64,000 nt of DNA. Source: Octopus sinensis. Its lineage: Eukaryota. The notes below the pieces were generated by a model that saw nothing but the letters and a program-made list of their open reading frames with translations, searched no databases and had not been told where the DNA came from. The position numbers and the translations under genes are program-made. This document shows, in pieces, positions 1 to 11,837 of this stretch. The stretch covers positions 4,960,001 through 5,024,000 of the forward strand of contig NC_043024.1 in assembly GCF_006345805.1 (NCBI RefSeq). The letters are read 5' to 3'. How positions within the stretch are numbered: the stretch's first letter is position 1; the number at the start of each line of letters is the position of its first letter.

Positions 1-151
1 AATTCTCTTTTTCTTTTCACTCTCTATAAATTTCTTGGTAACACACACAAGCATTTGTTACGGTCGAGGTCTCGAAATTTAAGTGCATTTTCTGCAACAC
101 ATTTTTCTATATATTTCTTTTCCTGCTTGGAAACACCACTCCCTCTTCTGC

Positions 152-154
<3 letters not shown>

Positions 155-205
<51 letters not shown>

Positions 206-402
206 GTGTGTGTGTGTGGATGTATGTATGTGTTATGTATGTATGTGTGTGTGCGTGTGTGGGTGTGTATGTATGCATGTATGTATGTACATATGTATGT
301 ATGTATGTGTGTATATATGTATGTATGCATGTGTGTGTATGTATGTATGTATGTGTGTGTATATGTATGTATGCATTTGTGTATGTATGTATGTATGTAT
401 AT
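155..402. repeat. (TA)n/(TG)n/(ATGT)n compound microsatellite
   Basis: Directly visible di- and tetranucleotide repeats; source of the low-complexity ORFs at 24-756. Confidence 0.95.
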
Positions 403-545
403 TCTTTTATTCTTTTATTTGTTTCAGTCCTTTAACTGCGGCCATGCTGTTGCATCGCCTTTATTTGAACAAATCGACCCAGGACTTATTCTTTTGCCGA
501 ACCGCTAAGTTATGGAGACATAAACATGCCAACATAGGTGTCAGT
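403..545 (-). mobile_element. SINE family 1, 3' part (deleted copy)
   Basis: Matches the 3' half of the SINE copies at 5314-5712 and 27878-28262 (cagcatggccgcag...actgaaac end). Confidence 0.8.
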
Positions 546-870
546 TCTCACAGGTTGTACGGTGTACACACATACACATACCACATTCACACACATATAT
601 ATGTGTGTATGTGTGTGTGTGTATACATATACACACATACACATACATGCCTCTTAACCTTCTGAATGCCCTTCCTAATGCCAACCACTCTACAGTGTAC
701 TGGGTGCTTTTTACGTAGCTCCAGCACCAGTGATTTTTACCTGGTACCAACACCAATGGTTTTTTTATGTGGTACCAAGGTTTTAGGATATTAATTCTGT
801 GGAGGTGGGCAGGTCATCTTGACTACAGCAATGTACCACATATTTCAGTCTTTTATTATCTCCTTCCGGA

Positions 871-1108
871 AGGCGGCGAGCTGGCAGAATCGTTAGCACG
901 CTGGGCGAAATGCTTAGCGGTATATTCGTCTGCCGTTACATTGTGAGTTCAAATTCCGCCGAGGTCGACTTTGCCTTTCATCCTTTCGGGGTCGATTAAA
1001 TAAGTACCAGTTATGCACTGGGGTCGATATAATCGACTTAATCCCTTTGTCTGTCTTTGTTTGTCCCCTCTATGTTTAACCCCTTGTGGACAATAAAGAA
1101 ATAAGAAG
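871..1108 (+). mobile_element. tRNA-derived SINE family 2
   Basis: A-box-like TGGCAGAATCG and B-box-like GAGTTCAAATT; near-identical copies at 21425-21625, 50848-51070 and (minus, partial) 46870-47060. Confidence 0.85.
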
Positions 1109-1419
1109 AGTGAAATGTGTTTCTTTTGACATTCACAATAACAACTAACATATTTTGCATCTGGTTCTCCCCTGATATATTGGGAACAAATATGCAAATA
1201 TTTGTAGTGTCTAATTTTACATCCACTACATCGAATGTGTGTCATCTACCAAATCCACTCACAAGGCTTTCATGAAACCAAGACTATTGTGAAAGACACA
1301 CACCTAAGGTGACATGCAGTGATATGGAACCCAGAACCATGTGGTTGGGAAGAAGGCTTCTTATGACACAGACTACCTTCATTATTCTACAGTTTTGTTA
1401 CAAGTAATCCCTGAAATCA

Positions 1420-1702
1420 ATGTATGTTCATACCAGAGAGAAGCTGTATCATGTTCATATCTGTGGTAAATAATTCTGTTAAAATAGTCACTTGACTAAT
1501 GGCTTCAGACAAGAGAGAAGCCATAACATTACAATATCTGTTGTAATTTATTTTCTGTAAATGGTGTTTTAATTATACATGAATATGTTCATACCAGAGA
1601 GAAGCTATGTCACAGTTATATTTGTGGTAAATCATTCTCTCGTAGACCTAACTTAACTGTATGTCAATGCATTCCTTCAGGAGAGAAGCCATGTCAGTGT
1701 GA
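1420..1702 (+). pseudogene. Decayed C2H2 zinc-finger relic (about 3-4 fingers)
   Basis: Recurrent catacc-agagagaag-...-atctgtggtaaat motifs at about 84-bp spacing, with stops and lost Cys/His codons; ends at TGT GAC where an RTE tail is inserted. Confidence 0.75.
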
Positions 1703-3410
1703 CATCATCATTATCGTCATCGTTTAACATCCGTTATCCATGCTGGCATGGGTTGGACGGCTCGACTAGGGTCTGGGAGGCCAGGAGGCTGCACCAGGCT
1801 CCAGTCTGATCTGGCAGTGTTTCTACAGCTAGATACCCTTCCTAATGCCAACCACTCCATGAGTGTAGTGGGTGCTTTTTACATGTCACCAACAGAGGAG
1901 GCTGGTAATGGCCACGATCGGTTGGTGCTTTTCACTTGCCACTGACACAGAATCCAGTCAAGGCGGTGCTGTCATCAGCCACATTTGGATGGTGCTTTTT
2001 ATGTGCCACTGGCATGGGTATCACGACTACAATTTCCATTTGATTTTCATTTTGATGTTGATGTACTTGACTCAGTAGGTCTTCTCAAGCGCAGCATGTT
2101 GCCCTACGATCCAAGGTACTTTTGAGTGAGCTGGGGCTGGTTCTGTACAACTGGTGTGGGATACAGCCGTGAACTCACTTTGTTTGCTGGGTCTTTACAG
2201 TCACAGCATATCTCCAGAGGTCTTGGTCTTTTGTCATTGCCTCTGTGAGAACCAACATTCGAAGGTCATGCTTGACCACCTCATCCCATATCTTCCTGGG
2301 TCTACTTCTACCCTGGATTCCTTCAGCTGTTTGAGAGTGGCACTTCTTCACACAGCTCTCCTCATCCATCTGTTGTACATGACCATACAAGCGCAAACGT
2401 CTCTTTTGCATGCCACATCCAATGCTTCTTATGTCCAGCATTTCTCTCAGGGCACTTACACTCTGTTGTGTGTGCACACTGACATTACACATCCAGTGGA
2501 TCATGCTAGTTTCATTTTTTTTGAGCCTACGCATGTTCTCAGTAGTCATGGCCCATGTTTCACTGCCGTGAAGCATGGCAGTTCGCACACATGCATTGTA
2601 CAATCTACCTTTCACTCAGAGCGAAAGGCCCTTTGTCACCAGTAGGGATAGAAGCTTTCTGAACTTTGCCCAGGCTATTTTTATTCTAGTGGTAACTCTC
2701 TCTGAGCACCCACCTCCACTACTAACTTGGCCACCTAGGTAGCGGAAGCTATCAACTACTTCTAGTTTCTTCCCCTGGAGTGTAATGGAATCTGTTTTCT
2801 GAGTATCAATGGTGTCTATTGCCCCTGCGCATCTGTTGCACATGAAAGCTATCTTCTCAGTTAACTTTCCTTTGATGTTGCTGCACCTCTTATGTGTCCA
2901 TAGCTTACACTGGGTACATTTTATGGAGTTTCTACCTACATCTTTTCTACAGATCGAGCAGGGCCACCTACCTACTTACTAGAACTTTGGTCTTTGCTAC
3001 ATTGACCCTAACACCTTTTGATTCTAAACCTTGCTTCCACACCTGAAATTTCTTCTCTAGTTACAGCAGTAATTCTGCTATGAGGGCCAGGTCATCAGCA
3101 TAGAGGAGCTCCCAAGGGCAACCTGTCTTGAATTCCTCTGCTATTGCCTGGAGGACTATGATGAATAAAAGGGGACAGAGGGCTCATCCTTAGTGGACCC
3201 CTACTTCTACCTGGAATTCTTCACTATACTCATTGCCAATCCTAACCGTACTAATGACCTCTCTGTATAGGGCCTGTACAGCCCGTATTAACCATTAGTC
3301 AATCCCCAGTTTCTGCATCGCCCACCTGATAAGGGATTGCGGGACCCTATGAAAGGCTTTCTCTCCAGTCCACAATAGCTATGTATAGGGGTTTATCTTT
3401 GGCTACATTA
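1703..3410 (-). mobile_element. 5'-truncated RTE-clade LINE (RT C-terminus, 3'UTR, (GAT)n tail)
   Basis: LLYADDL motif (reverse of about 3090-3115); ORF pieces 2616-2843 and 2175-2615 with RTE-type C-terminus (GRLYNACVRTAMLHGSETW); 3'UTR with GGCACGTAAAAAGCACC subrepeats and GAT tail. This shows that the many short (CAT)n-ended repeats in the window are 3' ends of this LINE. Confidence 0.9.
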
Positions 3411-3427
3411 GTGTTGCAGATTTCAAC

Positions 3428-3465
<38 letters not shown>

Positions 3466-3507
3466 GATATAATATATATTATATACATACATATGTATGT
3501 ATATATG

Positions 3508-3561
<54 letters not shown>

Positions 3562-3631
3562 GTATATATGTTATGTATATATGTATATGTATATATGTTA
3601 TATATATATGTGTATTATATATATATGTATG

Positions 3632-3698
<67 letters not shown>

Positions 3699-3743
3699 TA
3701 TGTATGTATGCATGTATATATGTATATATATATATATATATAT
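3428..3743. repeat. (TA)n-rich microsatellite
   Basis: Direct observation. Confidence 0.95.
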
Positions 3744-4005
3744 CATCATCATTTAGCGTCCGCTTTCCATGCTAGCATGGGTTGGTTCAACTGGGGTTTG
3801 TGGGGTTTGTGAAGCCAGAACTGCATCAGGCCCAGTCTGATCTGGCAGTGTTTCTACGGCTGGATGCTCTTCCTAACGCCAACCACTCTGTGAGTGTAGT
3901 GGGTGCTTTTTACGTGCCACCAGCATGGGGGCCAGGTGAGGCTGGCAACGGCCATGATCGGATGGTGCTTTTTACGTGCCATCGACACGGGAGCCAGGTG
4001 AGACT
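3744..4005 (-). mobile_element. RTE LINE 3' end (short truncated copy)
   Basis: Matches 1703-2000 (catcatcatttagcgtccgctttccatgctagcatggg...). Confidence 0.85.
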
Positions 4006-4250
4006 GTATATATATATATATATATATATAATACATGTATATAAATTAGAGAAGAACCACCATGTAGCAATTCAACAATTATATACTTAAATCATACCAC
4101 ATAGAAAAAATTAAAGATACGATAAAACATTTACCTAGAACTAAATAAAGTATGAAATAATTAATAAATAATTAGTATATAATTAGTGAGGATGTGTTTC
4201 AGTTTTCATTTGTAAATGTATGTTTATGCACATGTAATATATTATATATA

Positions 4251-4926
4251 TGTAGTGGATTTGGCAAGCATGAAGTGGATTTGATCCACCACAGCCAAAT
4301 ATAAATTAACAATGCAACAGAAGATAGAGATATAAGCACAGTTATATGTGCAGCCTAAGAACAAGCATTAAGGACTAACTGTGTCAAGTGCAGAATAGAC
4401 AACAACAACAGGAGCAGCAGCAACAACAAATACAATAACAGCAGCAGCAGCAACAGCATCAGCACCATGGTTAGCAAAATAATTTGAAATATTTCTTGTT
4501 TTCGTTGACATTTTGGGGTTTTTTGAAAGGGAGTGAGGGTGGGGCAGGAGCAGGTGCAGGGCTGGCAGGGTTCGTTTTGCAGAAATGTAGTGGATTTGGC
4601 AAGCATGAAGTGGATTTGATCCACCACAGCCAAATTTAAATTAACAATGCAACAGAAGATAGAGATATAAGCACAGTTATATGTGCAGCCTAAGAACAAG
4701 CATTAAGGACTAACTGTGTTAAGTGCAGAATAGACAACAACAACAACAACAGTAGCAGCAGCAACAACAAATACAATAACAGCAGCAGCAGCAACAGCAT
4801 CAGCACCATGGTTAGCAAAATAATTTGAAATATTTCTTGTTTTCGTTGACATTTTGGGGTTTTTTGAAAGGGAGCGAGGGTGGGGCAGGAGCAGGTGCAG
4901 GGCTGGCAGGGTTCGTTTTGCAGAAA
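4251..4926. repeat. Tandem duplication of a 335/341-bp unit containing (CAA/CAG)n
   Basis: Unit 1 starts tgtagtggatttggc at 4251 and unit 2 at 4586; near-identical except for trinucleotide tract length. Confidence 0.9.
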
Positions 4927-4957
4927 GATCAACTCGTTGATGATGAAATGACAAAGT

Positions 4958-5016
4958 TGACCTTTCGGTGACCTTTGCAGAGGTCAATTTAACAGTTTAA
5001 TAGAGAAGATGGCTGC
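4958..5016. promoter_or_regulatory. Cluster of nuclear-receptor half-sites plus YY1-like motif
   Basis: TGACCT 4958-4963, TGACCT 4969-4974, AGGTCA 4981-4986, then AAGATGGCTGCC at about 5005-5016. Motif match only. Confidence 0.3.
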
Positions 5017-5074
5017 CAGGAGAATATGATTGAACAAGTTTTATACACACTGCACTTATGTTACATCATTAGCT

Positions 5075-5313
5075 GTGTGTATGTGTGTGCATATATATGT
5101 GTGTTCATGTATATGTATATGTGCGTGTGTGAGTATATATGTGTGCGTGTGTCTGTATATGTATATATGTGTGTGCGCGCATATATGCATATGTATATGT
5201 ATATATGTGTGTGGGCGCGCAGGTATGCATATGTATATGTGTGTGTGCATCTGTATATGTATATATATGTGTGTGTGTATGTATATATGCATGTGTGTGT
5301 GTATATATGTGTA
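5075..5313. repeat. (TG)/(TA) compound microsatellite
   Basis: Direct observation. Confidence 0.95.
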
Positions 5314-5712
5314 TACTCTTTTATTTGTTTCAGTCATTTGACTGTGGCCATGCTGGAGCACCGCCTTTAATCGAGCAACCCAATCCCGGGACTTATTCTT
5401 TTGTAAGCCCAGTACTTATTCTATCGGTCTCTTTTGCCAAACCGCTTGGTAACGGGGACATAAACACATCGGCATCGGTTGTCAAGCAATGCTAGGGGTA
5501 CAAACACAGACACACAAACACACACACATATATATATATATATATACAAATATACGATGGGCTTCTTTCAGTTTCCGTCTACCAAATCCACTCACATGGC
5601 TTTGGTCGACCCGAGGCTATAGTAGAAGACACTTGCCCAAGGTGCCACGCAGTGGGACAAAACCCAGAACCATGTGGTTGGTAAGCAAGCTACTTACCAC
5701 ACAGCCACTCCT
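5314..5712 (-). mobile_element. tRNA-derived SINE family 1 (head, internal microsatellite, LINE-like tail)
   Basis: Reverse reads ggagtggctgtgtggtaagtagcttgcttaccaaccacatggtt...ggcaccttgggcaagtgtc (tRNA head with CORE-like ccttgggcaagt); multiple copies in the window. Confidence 0.88.
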
Positions 5713-5734
5713 GCACCTATATAAAAAGGAGCAC

Positions 5735-6020
5735 TCTGTCAGTTACGACGACAGGAGTCCCAGCCTGCTTTGCTTGTTAGATTCCATGCAAGTGGCTGAG
5801 CACTCCACAGACACATGGACCCCTTTACATAATTCTCAGGGAGATTCAGTGTGACAAGCCTGGCCCTTTGAATTGCTGGTACAACTCATTTTTGCCAGCT
5901 GAGTGGACTGGAGCAACGTGAAATAAAGTGTCTTGCTGAAGGACACAACACATTGCTAGGAATTGAACTCACAACCTTACGATCATGAGCTGACTGTCCT
6001 GACCACTAAGCCATGCGCCT
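5735..6020 (-). mobile_element. tRNA-derived SINE family 3
   Basis: Reverse: aggcgcatggcttagtggt (A box) ... gtgagttcaattcc (B box) ... gtgtccttcagcaagacac central domain. Confidence 0.75.
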
Positions 6021-6437
6021 TCACTAAAGAAAAAATATGTGTGTGTGGAGGTGCAATGGCCCAGTGGTTCAGGCAATGGACTCGCAGTTGGATCGCGGTT
6101 TCAATATGTGTGTGTGTATATCAAACATTGAATGGTCAACCACCTGTTCTTTTAGAAACCCAAGGGAGTGCCAAGTGAAGAATGGCCACAACATTTTCTT
6201 TATATTTTTATTTTTATATTTTATTTTTTTCCCTTTCTTTCTTTCTCATTTTCAAGAACACACAGTACATGTATGTATGAATGTTTATGAAAATGTACAC
6301 ACACAATAGGTTCCTCCATATGTGTATATATATGTGAGTGTATGTGGATATATATATATATGTTTATATCCAATGTAGGATTTTTATCAATGGCCAGCAT
6401 ATTAAAAAATACTTTTAAAGGTTAAATTATAAACAAC

Positions 6438-6783
6438 TTATAAATAAGGGCAAGAATTTTCTAATGCCAAATATGCCAAAAATTGGACATAATGTCCATT
6501 TTGGGGTACTTAGTTGTGCTCATGACTTAGTGTTTCTTCCATGGGTATGAGTAAGTATCTCATTTACTTCTTTGCCACTTGTATCACTGACGAAGGGAGG
6601 GTTCTCTTTGAACTAACTCTGAAATCGGTCAGATATGGTAATAATGGAATTTTTTAGAGATTTCTGTCGACCTTTTTCAAGTAGCGTGCATACTGGGAAA
6701 AAAATTATATGGTAAATGGACATTATGTCCAATTTTCGGCATATTTGGCATTAGAAATATTTTCGTTTGCCCTTATTTATGAA
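6438..6783. repeat. Element with about 65-bp inverted arms enclosing a hammerhead-like core
   Basis: Arm 6438-6501 is the reverse complement of 6714-6783 (taatgccaaatatgcc(a/g)aaaattggacataatgtccattt). Confidence 0.8.
6581..6636 (+). ncRNA. Candidate type-I hammerhead ribozyme
   Basis: CTGACGA 6587-6593; 11-bp stem II with 2 mismatches; GAAA 6621-6624; short stem III ATCGGT; GTC triplet; stem I gtatc/gatat with an A-A mismatch at the first pair. Confidence 0.5.
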
Positions 6784-7132
6784 TTGTATATATGTTTATA
6801 TGTAGGGATATATGTGTGGGTGTACATAGCAACACACCTACTATTGAAAAACAAACCCTCTTTTTCCTTCTCTCTTTCCATTTCTTACAAGGGTCATTCA
6901 AAAAATACAAAAAGATCCTCAAAAAAGAAAAAAGAGAAAAATACACAGTTTTAAAACACACACACCCATATTCTCTCTCTTTCACCTTCTCCATCCCTCT
7001 ATCTCCCTATCACTTCCTCTCTCTCTGTTTCACTTTCTCCCTCCCTCTATTCCCCATTATATATACACACACACTCTCTCTCCCCATTTCATTTACCAAT
7101 AATGTAAATACAGGCAAAACTTTTAAAATTGA

Positions 7133-7175
7133 CATTTCTGATGAAACTACAGGAGTAGTTGAAAGCGCTAATATG
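7133..7175 (+). ncRNA. Minimal type-I hammerhead ribozyme motif
   Basis: CTGATGA (7138-7144), perfect stem II AACTAC-AGGA-GTAGTT, GAAA, palindromic stem III AGCGCT, CUA triplet, stem I cattt/atatg (4 of 5 pairs). Confidence 0.65.
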
Positions 7176-7316
7176 AAGAAATAAATATGTAATATGTAAA
7201 TAAATATATATATTTACAACCATCCAGCATTCTGAACATCTTTTTTTTTTCTTTCATATATATAAATCTGTACATCACCACCAATATTTCTAATATACAT
7301 ATATATATACATACAT

Positions 7317-7381
<65 letters not shown>

Positions 7382-8599
7382 AGGTTATGGTGTCATTGAG
7401 ACCCAAAGTCATCAGGTAATGCTGAATAAGTGCCATAGACTGACCATAGTTAAGTTCCAGGTTCGGTGATTTTGGGAATAAGGGGTTCAACGTTGGTCAT
7501 CTGTCAGTGTGTGTAAATAAGAATTTTTTGCGTAATGCGATAAAAAACCAAGGCTGTGTAGATATTAGAACATTTATAGATAGAAGGTCTTACACCTGTT
7601 TCCAGGATATTTATTAATTATATCCCTTCATTGGAGATGATGTGGGAGGATTGTTAATTAATAGTTAATTTAGATAGGATACAAAATAGAGAGTGAGGTG
7701 GAGGAAAGAAAATAGATGTGAGATATGTAGGGGTATTGAATTTGTAGATCCATTTTTTAGGCAGAATGGTAGATATGTAAGATTCCAATACTTTGTGAGA
7801 AAAATCCAGCAGTATTTAAAATTGTTTATTCCAAGTATAAAGTTTATACACAATGTAAGATTCCAATACCTTATGAGTAAGATTCAACAGTATTTAAAAG
7901 TGGTCATTCCAAGTACAGAATTTATACACTATGGTTTTTTTTCATCTCATTACGCAAAAAATTCTTATATATATATACATATACATACATATAAAAGTAA
8001 TCAATTTAATGTCAGATTATAGAGTGATCAATGGTTCTGCATTCACAAAGCATTTGTTGATGCAAAACATTTGGTCATTCTATGACTGGACATCAACTCA
8101 ATAATTTCAATAAATTAGTGCCCAATGTTTACACACACACACACCAACATATATATACATATATAAATTTTACTTTCAATAGCTAGAAGTGAGACATACT
8201 ACTGATGACACCCACACACACATATAACTCCATCCCCAACCTCTTGACACCTTCCATACATCATCTCTTACTTTGTGTGGAATTTTTCCTTGCATCTTGT
8301 CACCAACATCTTAGTTTCATCCCGGATACTCCCACCCACACTTAGGTAAAAGTATGTTAACTATGTATCTTCCCTATAGCAAAACATTTCTTCCTTGGTG
8401 CAAAATCACATCCCAGGTCTTTTATTAAACTCTCTCCTCCCACTTAGCGAAGAGAACTGCTTTTTTTGTCATGTTTTTTCATATCTTACAAGTAACTTGG
8501 CAACCCCTCACTGGTGCTGGTAGTAAGAAACAAGCACCCAGTGCACACTGCGAAGTTGTTAGCGCTAGGAAGGGCATCCAGCTGTGGAAACAATAGCAA

Positions 8600-11575
8600 A
8601 GTTGACAATAGAACAACCTGCCATCCTCTACACACCAATCATAAACTGCAAGCAGGGTACAAATTGTTGTCCTTAAATGCTCGCAGTTTATGCAACTAAA
8701 TACATTTGTTCAACTCCTACGTCAGAAGTATTGACCCTGACTTCATCACTGTCACGGAAACATGGGCACATTCCTTACTCTGTGATGGAGTTTTCAACAT
8801 TACTGGGTACAACCTCTTCCGCAAGGGCCGCAATAACCGCCGTGGTGGTGGTGTGATGGTCTACGTTCGTTCAAATTTTTCGGTAATTCCTTGTGCTGAT
8901 TTGAACGAATCACAAGAAGTTTTTCTGTGACGTACGTATGACCATGTCAACACTCCTGTTTGGCGTTGTTTATCGTCCCCCAAATTACCATCAAGACACA
9001 CAGCTTTGCGATATCCTCCGAGCTGCTGCCAGGAAAACAGCCACTTATATTTTTATTGCAGGCGATTTCAATCATCCTGAGATCAATTGGGAAACCTTCC
9101 ATTGGCCACAGAGTGCAAACGATTTCGTTGAGCTTATACTGGACTCAAACTGGTCACAAGTAATCACCTCACCAACAAGAGGCGACAACACCTTGGACCT
9201 GTTCTTCACCACAACTCCTGAAGCGGTTATCAATTGTACTACGGAGGAACCTCTAGGCGACTCTGATCATGCTATGATCATCGCCAATCTGGCTCTTGCA
9301 GGCAACAACAAAAACCTGAACCATCTCCAATCTGCTTCCTTCGATTGGAAGAGAGCAGATTGGAACCTGTACCACACTGAATTACAGCACCCAAACTGGC
9401 GTGAATACTATACTCCAGAGTATCCTGGACTCAATATGGGCAGCATGTGCAGCATCAGTGCCGCATCAGTGCCGCATAAACAGAAAAATAAGAACCGCCC
9501 CAAAAGTGCAATTTGGGAAACTTCAGCGGTCCAACTTGCCAGGAAGGAACGTCGGACTGCTGAACGGGAATACAAGTTGCATAAATCAGACACCAACAGG
9601 AAAAAGCGGAATAAATCTTCCAACCATCTCAAGCAAGTGACAAAAAAATCAGTGCTTAAATTTGAACAGTGCATAGCAGCCAATCCTGACAGCAAGGTTT
9701 GCTGGAAATATGTGCATTTGAAGCAGAGACCTCACTCTCCAGTGGGCCCTCTTCGCAACCCTCACACAAGCCAGATCACTGACGATCCCAAGGAATGTGC
9801 AGATCTCATTGCCGAGTGCTATGCAAGCATATTCACTGTTGAAAATCAAAATGTACCATCTTCACCATCTCTAACAGCAAATTCCATAACAACTATGGAA
9901 TTTACACCTGCAATGCTGCGACATCACCTTCAAAATAAATGCAACTATGCCTCCCCTGGCCTTGATGGAGTTATATACCTGCTTCTCAAACGTGGCAGGT
10001 ACTTCCTTTAACACCAGCTTTCTATTTTTTTCCAGTACTGTCTCAACAATGGTGCTACTCCGGTGCAGTGGAAAACTGCCAGTGTCATTCCTCTGTTCAA
10101 AAAGGGCAACCGCACATCACCTGTCAACTATCGCCCAGTCAGTCTCACTAGCTGTATTGCAAAATTGATGGAATCATGTGTCAGAGAAACACTTTGGAAC
10201 TTCTGGAGCTCTCACAGTCTCATCCGACCCTCACAATATGGATTTGTCCCTAACTCCAGCTGCAGTGATCAGCTTGTCGAGTTCCTTGAGGACATTACTC
10301 AGATCGCTGACAGTGGCTCATGGGTGGATGTTGTCTACCTTGACTTTGCTAAGGCTTTTAATTCTGTGCCACACAAAAGGCTTATGGTGAAACTCTCTGC
10401 AATGGGTGTGAGGGATGATCTTTTTAACTGGTTGAAATACTTCATTCTCAGCCGAAAGGAGGTAGTCACAGTTCTAGGACAGCATTCTACACCATATGAG
10501 ATGTCATCGGGTGTACAACAGGGATCTGTTCTTGGTCCCCTCTTGTTTGTGGCATACATTAATGACATAGATGCCAATTTAAAGAATGCCACAGTATTGA
10601 AATATGCAGACGACATCAAGCTGTACCTTGAAATCAGGAGGACAGATCCTGATGTCTACAACTCTTTCTTGCAATCAGACCTGGACACAGTGCAGCAATG
10701 GATCACGGACTGGCAACTGAAACTGGCTGTGGACAAGTGTACCACCATGCATTTTGGGAGAAAAAACCCTGCGTCCACATATTCCCTCCACAACACTGAT
10801 ATCAAGAAATCCTCTTGCGAGCGTGACCTAGGCATCAGTCAGCAGTGATTTGCGTTGGACAAAGCATATCTCTAAAATTGTCAAGAAGGCTGAGGGTGTC
10901 TTGGCATCACTCAGCAAGACTTTTGTTAGCCGCTCTCCAGTCATCTATTTAAAGCTGTATACAGCTATGGTATGACCACACTTGGAATTCACATCATCAG
11001 TTTGGAACCCCTATCTTGCTCAGAACATTGATCTCCTGGAATCTGTTCAGAGACGTGCAACCAAACGCATACCCTCCATCAGACACCTACCATACTCTGA
11101 GCGCCTTGTTTCCCTGGGCATGGATTCACTGAAGCTCCGGCGTCTGGCAATGGACTTGGTAAACACCCACAAAGTTATCAACCACCTCACCAGCAACAAC
11201 ACTGAACACCTTTTTGATCTCCATGTGTCCAACACACATGGACATGCCAACAAAGTCAGAAAACAGCACAGCTCCCATGACTTTCGAAAGCATTTTTTCA
11301 TGCTGAGAGTTGCTGAAGCATGGAACAAACTGTCTGCGTCAATTGTTGACTGCCATGACACTGCACCCTTTAAGGCCCTCATGCTTTCCGAAATCTGCTG
11401 AAACTACACCTGATTGTCCCCCTTCCATACTCATACACATATGTGTATGTCATGACTCATGCTCTGTTCTTTTCCTGATGCTTGTACATTACCCTATGTA
11501 CTATACATACACTTTAGATGAGTTGTAGTGCACCTGAGCACTGTACACAATGTTTTATTATTATTATTATTAAAA
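8600..11575 (+). mobile_element. CR1/L2-like LINE (family a), degenerate endonuclease-RT ORF2
   Basis: APE motifs (LLSLNARSL, TVTETW, AGDFNHP, LDLFF, SDH); RT motifs (LDFAKAF, QQGSVLGPLLF, YADD at 10603-10614); several stops and frameshifts; (TTA)n tail near 11555-11571. Confidence 0.92.
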
Positions 11576-11635
11576 TACACAAAAAAGCTACACGTTTGCA
11601 TTATATTATATATACAATAATAATAAAGGATGTTA

Positions 11636-11811
11636 CCGTATACATTTTTACAAACCAAGGACGTTATATAGACCTCCTTGACTCAAGTTAGAGAAGGGGT
11701 GCGTATTATACACAACGTTTAAGTTTTTCAGAGGTAAAGCCCCCTAAAAATTCCCCTGAGTATTATACTCAAGGGCGGACTATACTCGAGGATTTATGGT
11801 AAGTATTTAAA
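11636..11811. mobile_element. pogo/Tigger-like MITE remnant
   Basis: Ends TACCGTA... and ...tatactcgaggatttatggta; the same terminus recurs at about 52315-52340. Confidence 0.5.
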
Positions 11812-11837
11812 GGCTGTATATCAAATTTTTTGATATA

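Noticed and set aside
24-756. Long ORFs rich in Y/I/M/C/V/H/T (also 3493-3812, 5026-5495, 37328-37746, 39862-40296, 44452-46087)
   Set aside because: They are translations of (TA)/(TG)/(CA) microsatellites, which lack stop codons in some frames.
4400-4470. Poly-glutamine coding exon
   Set aside because: The Gln frame is interrupted by TAA and TAG, and I found no convincing flanking splice sites.
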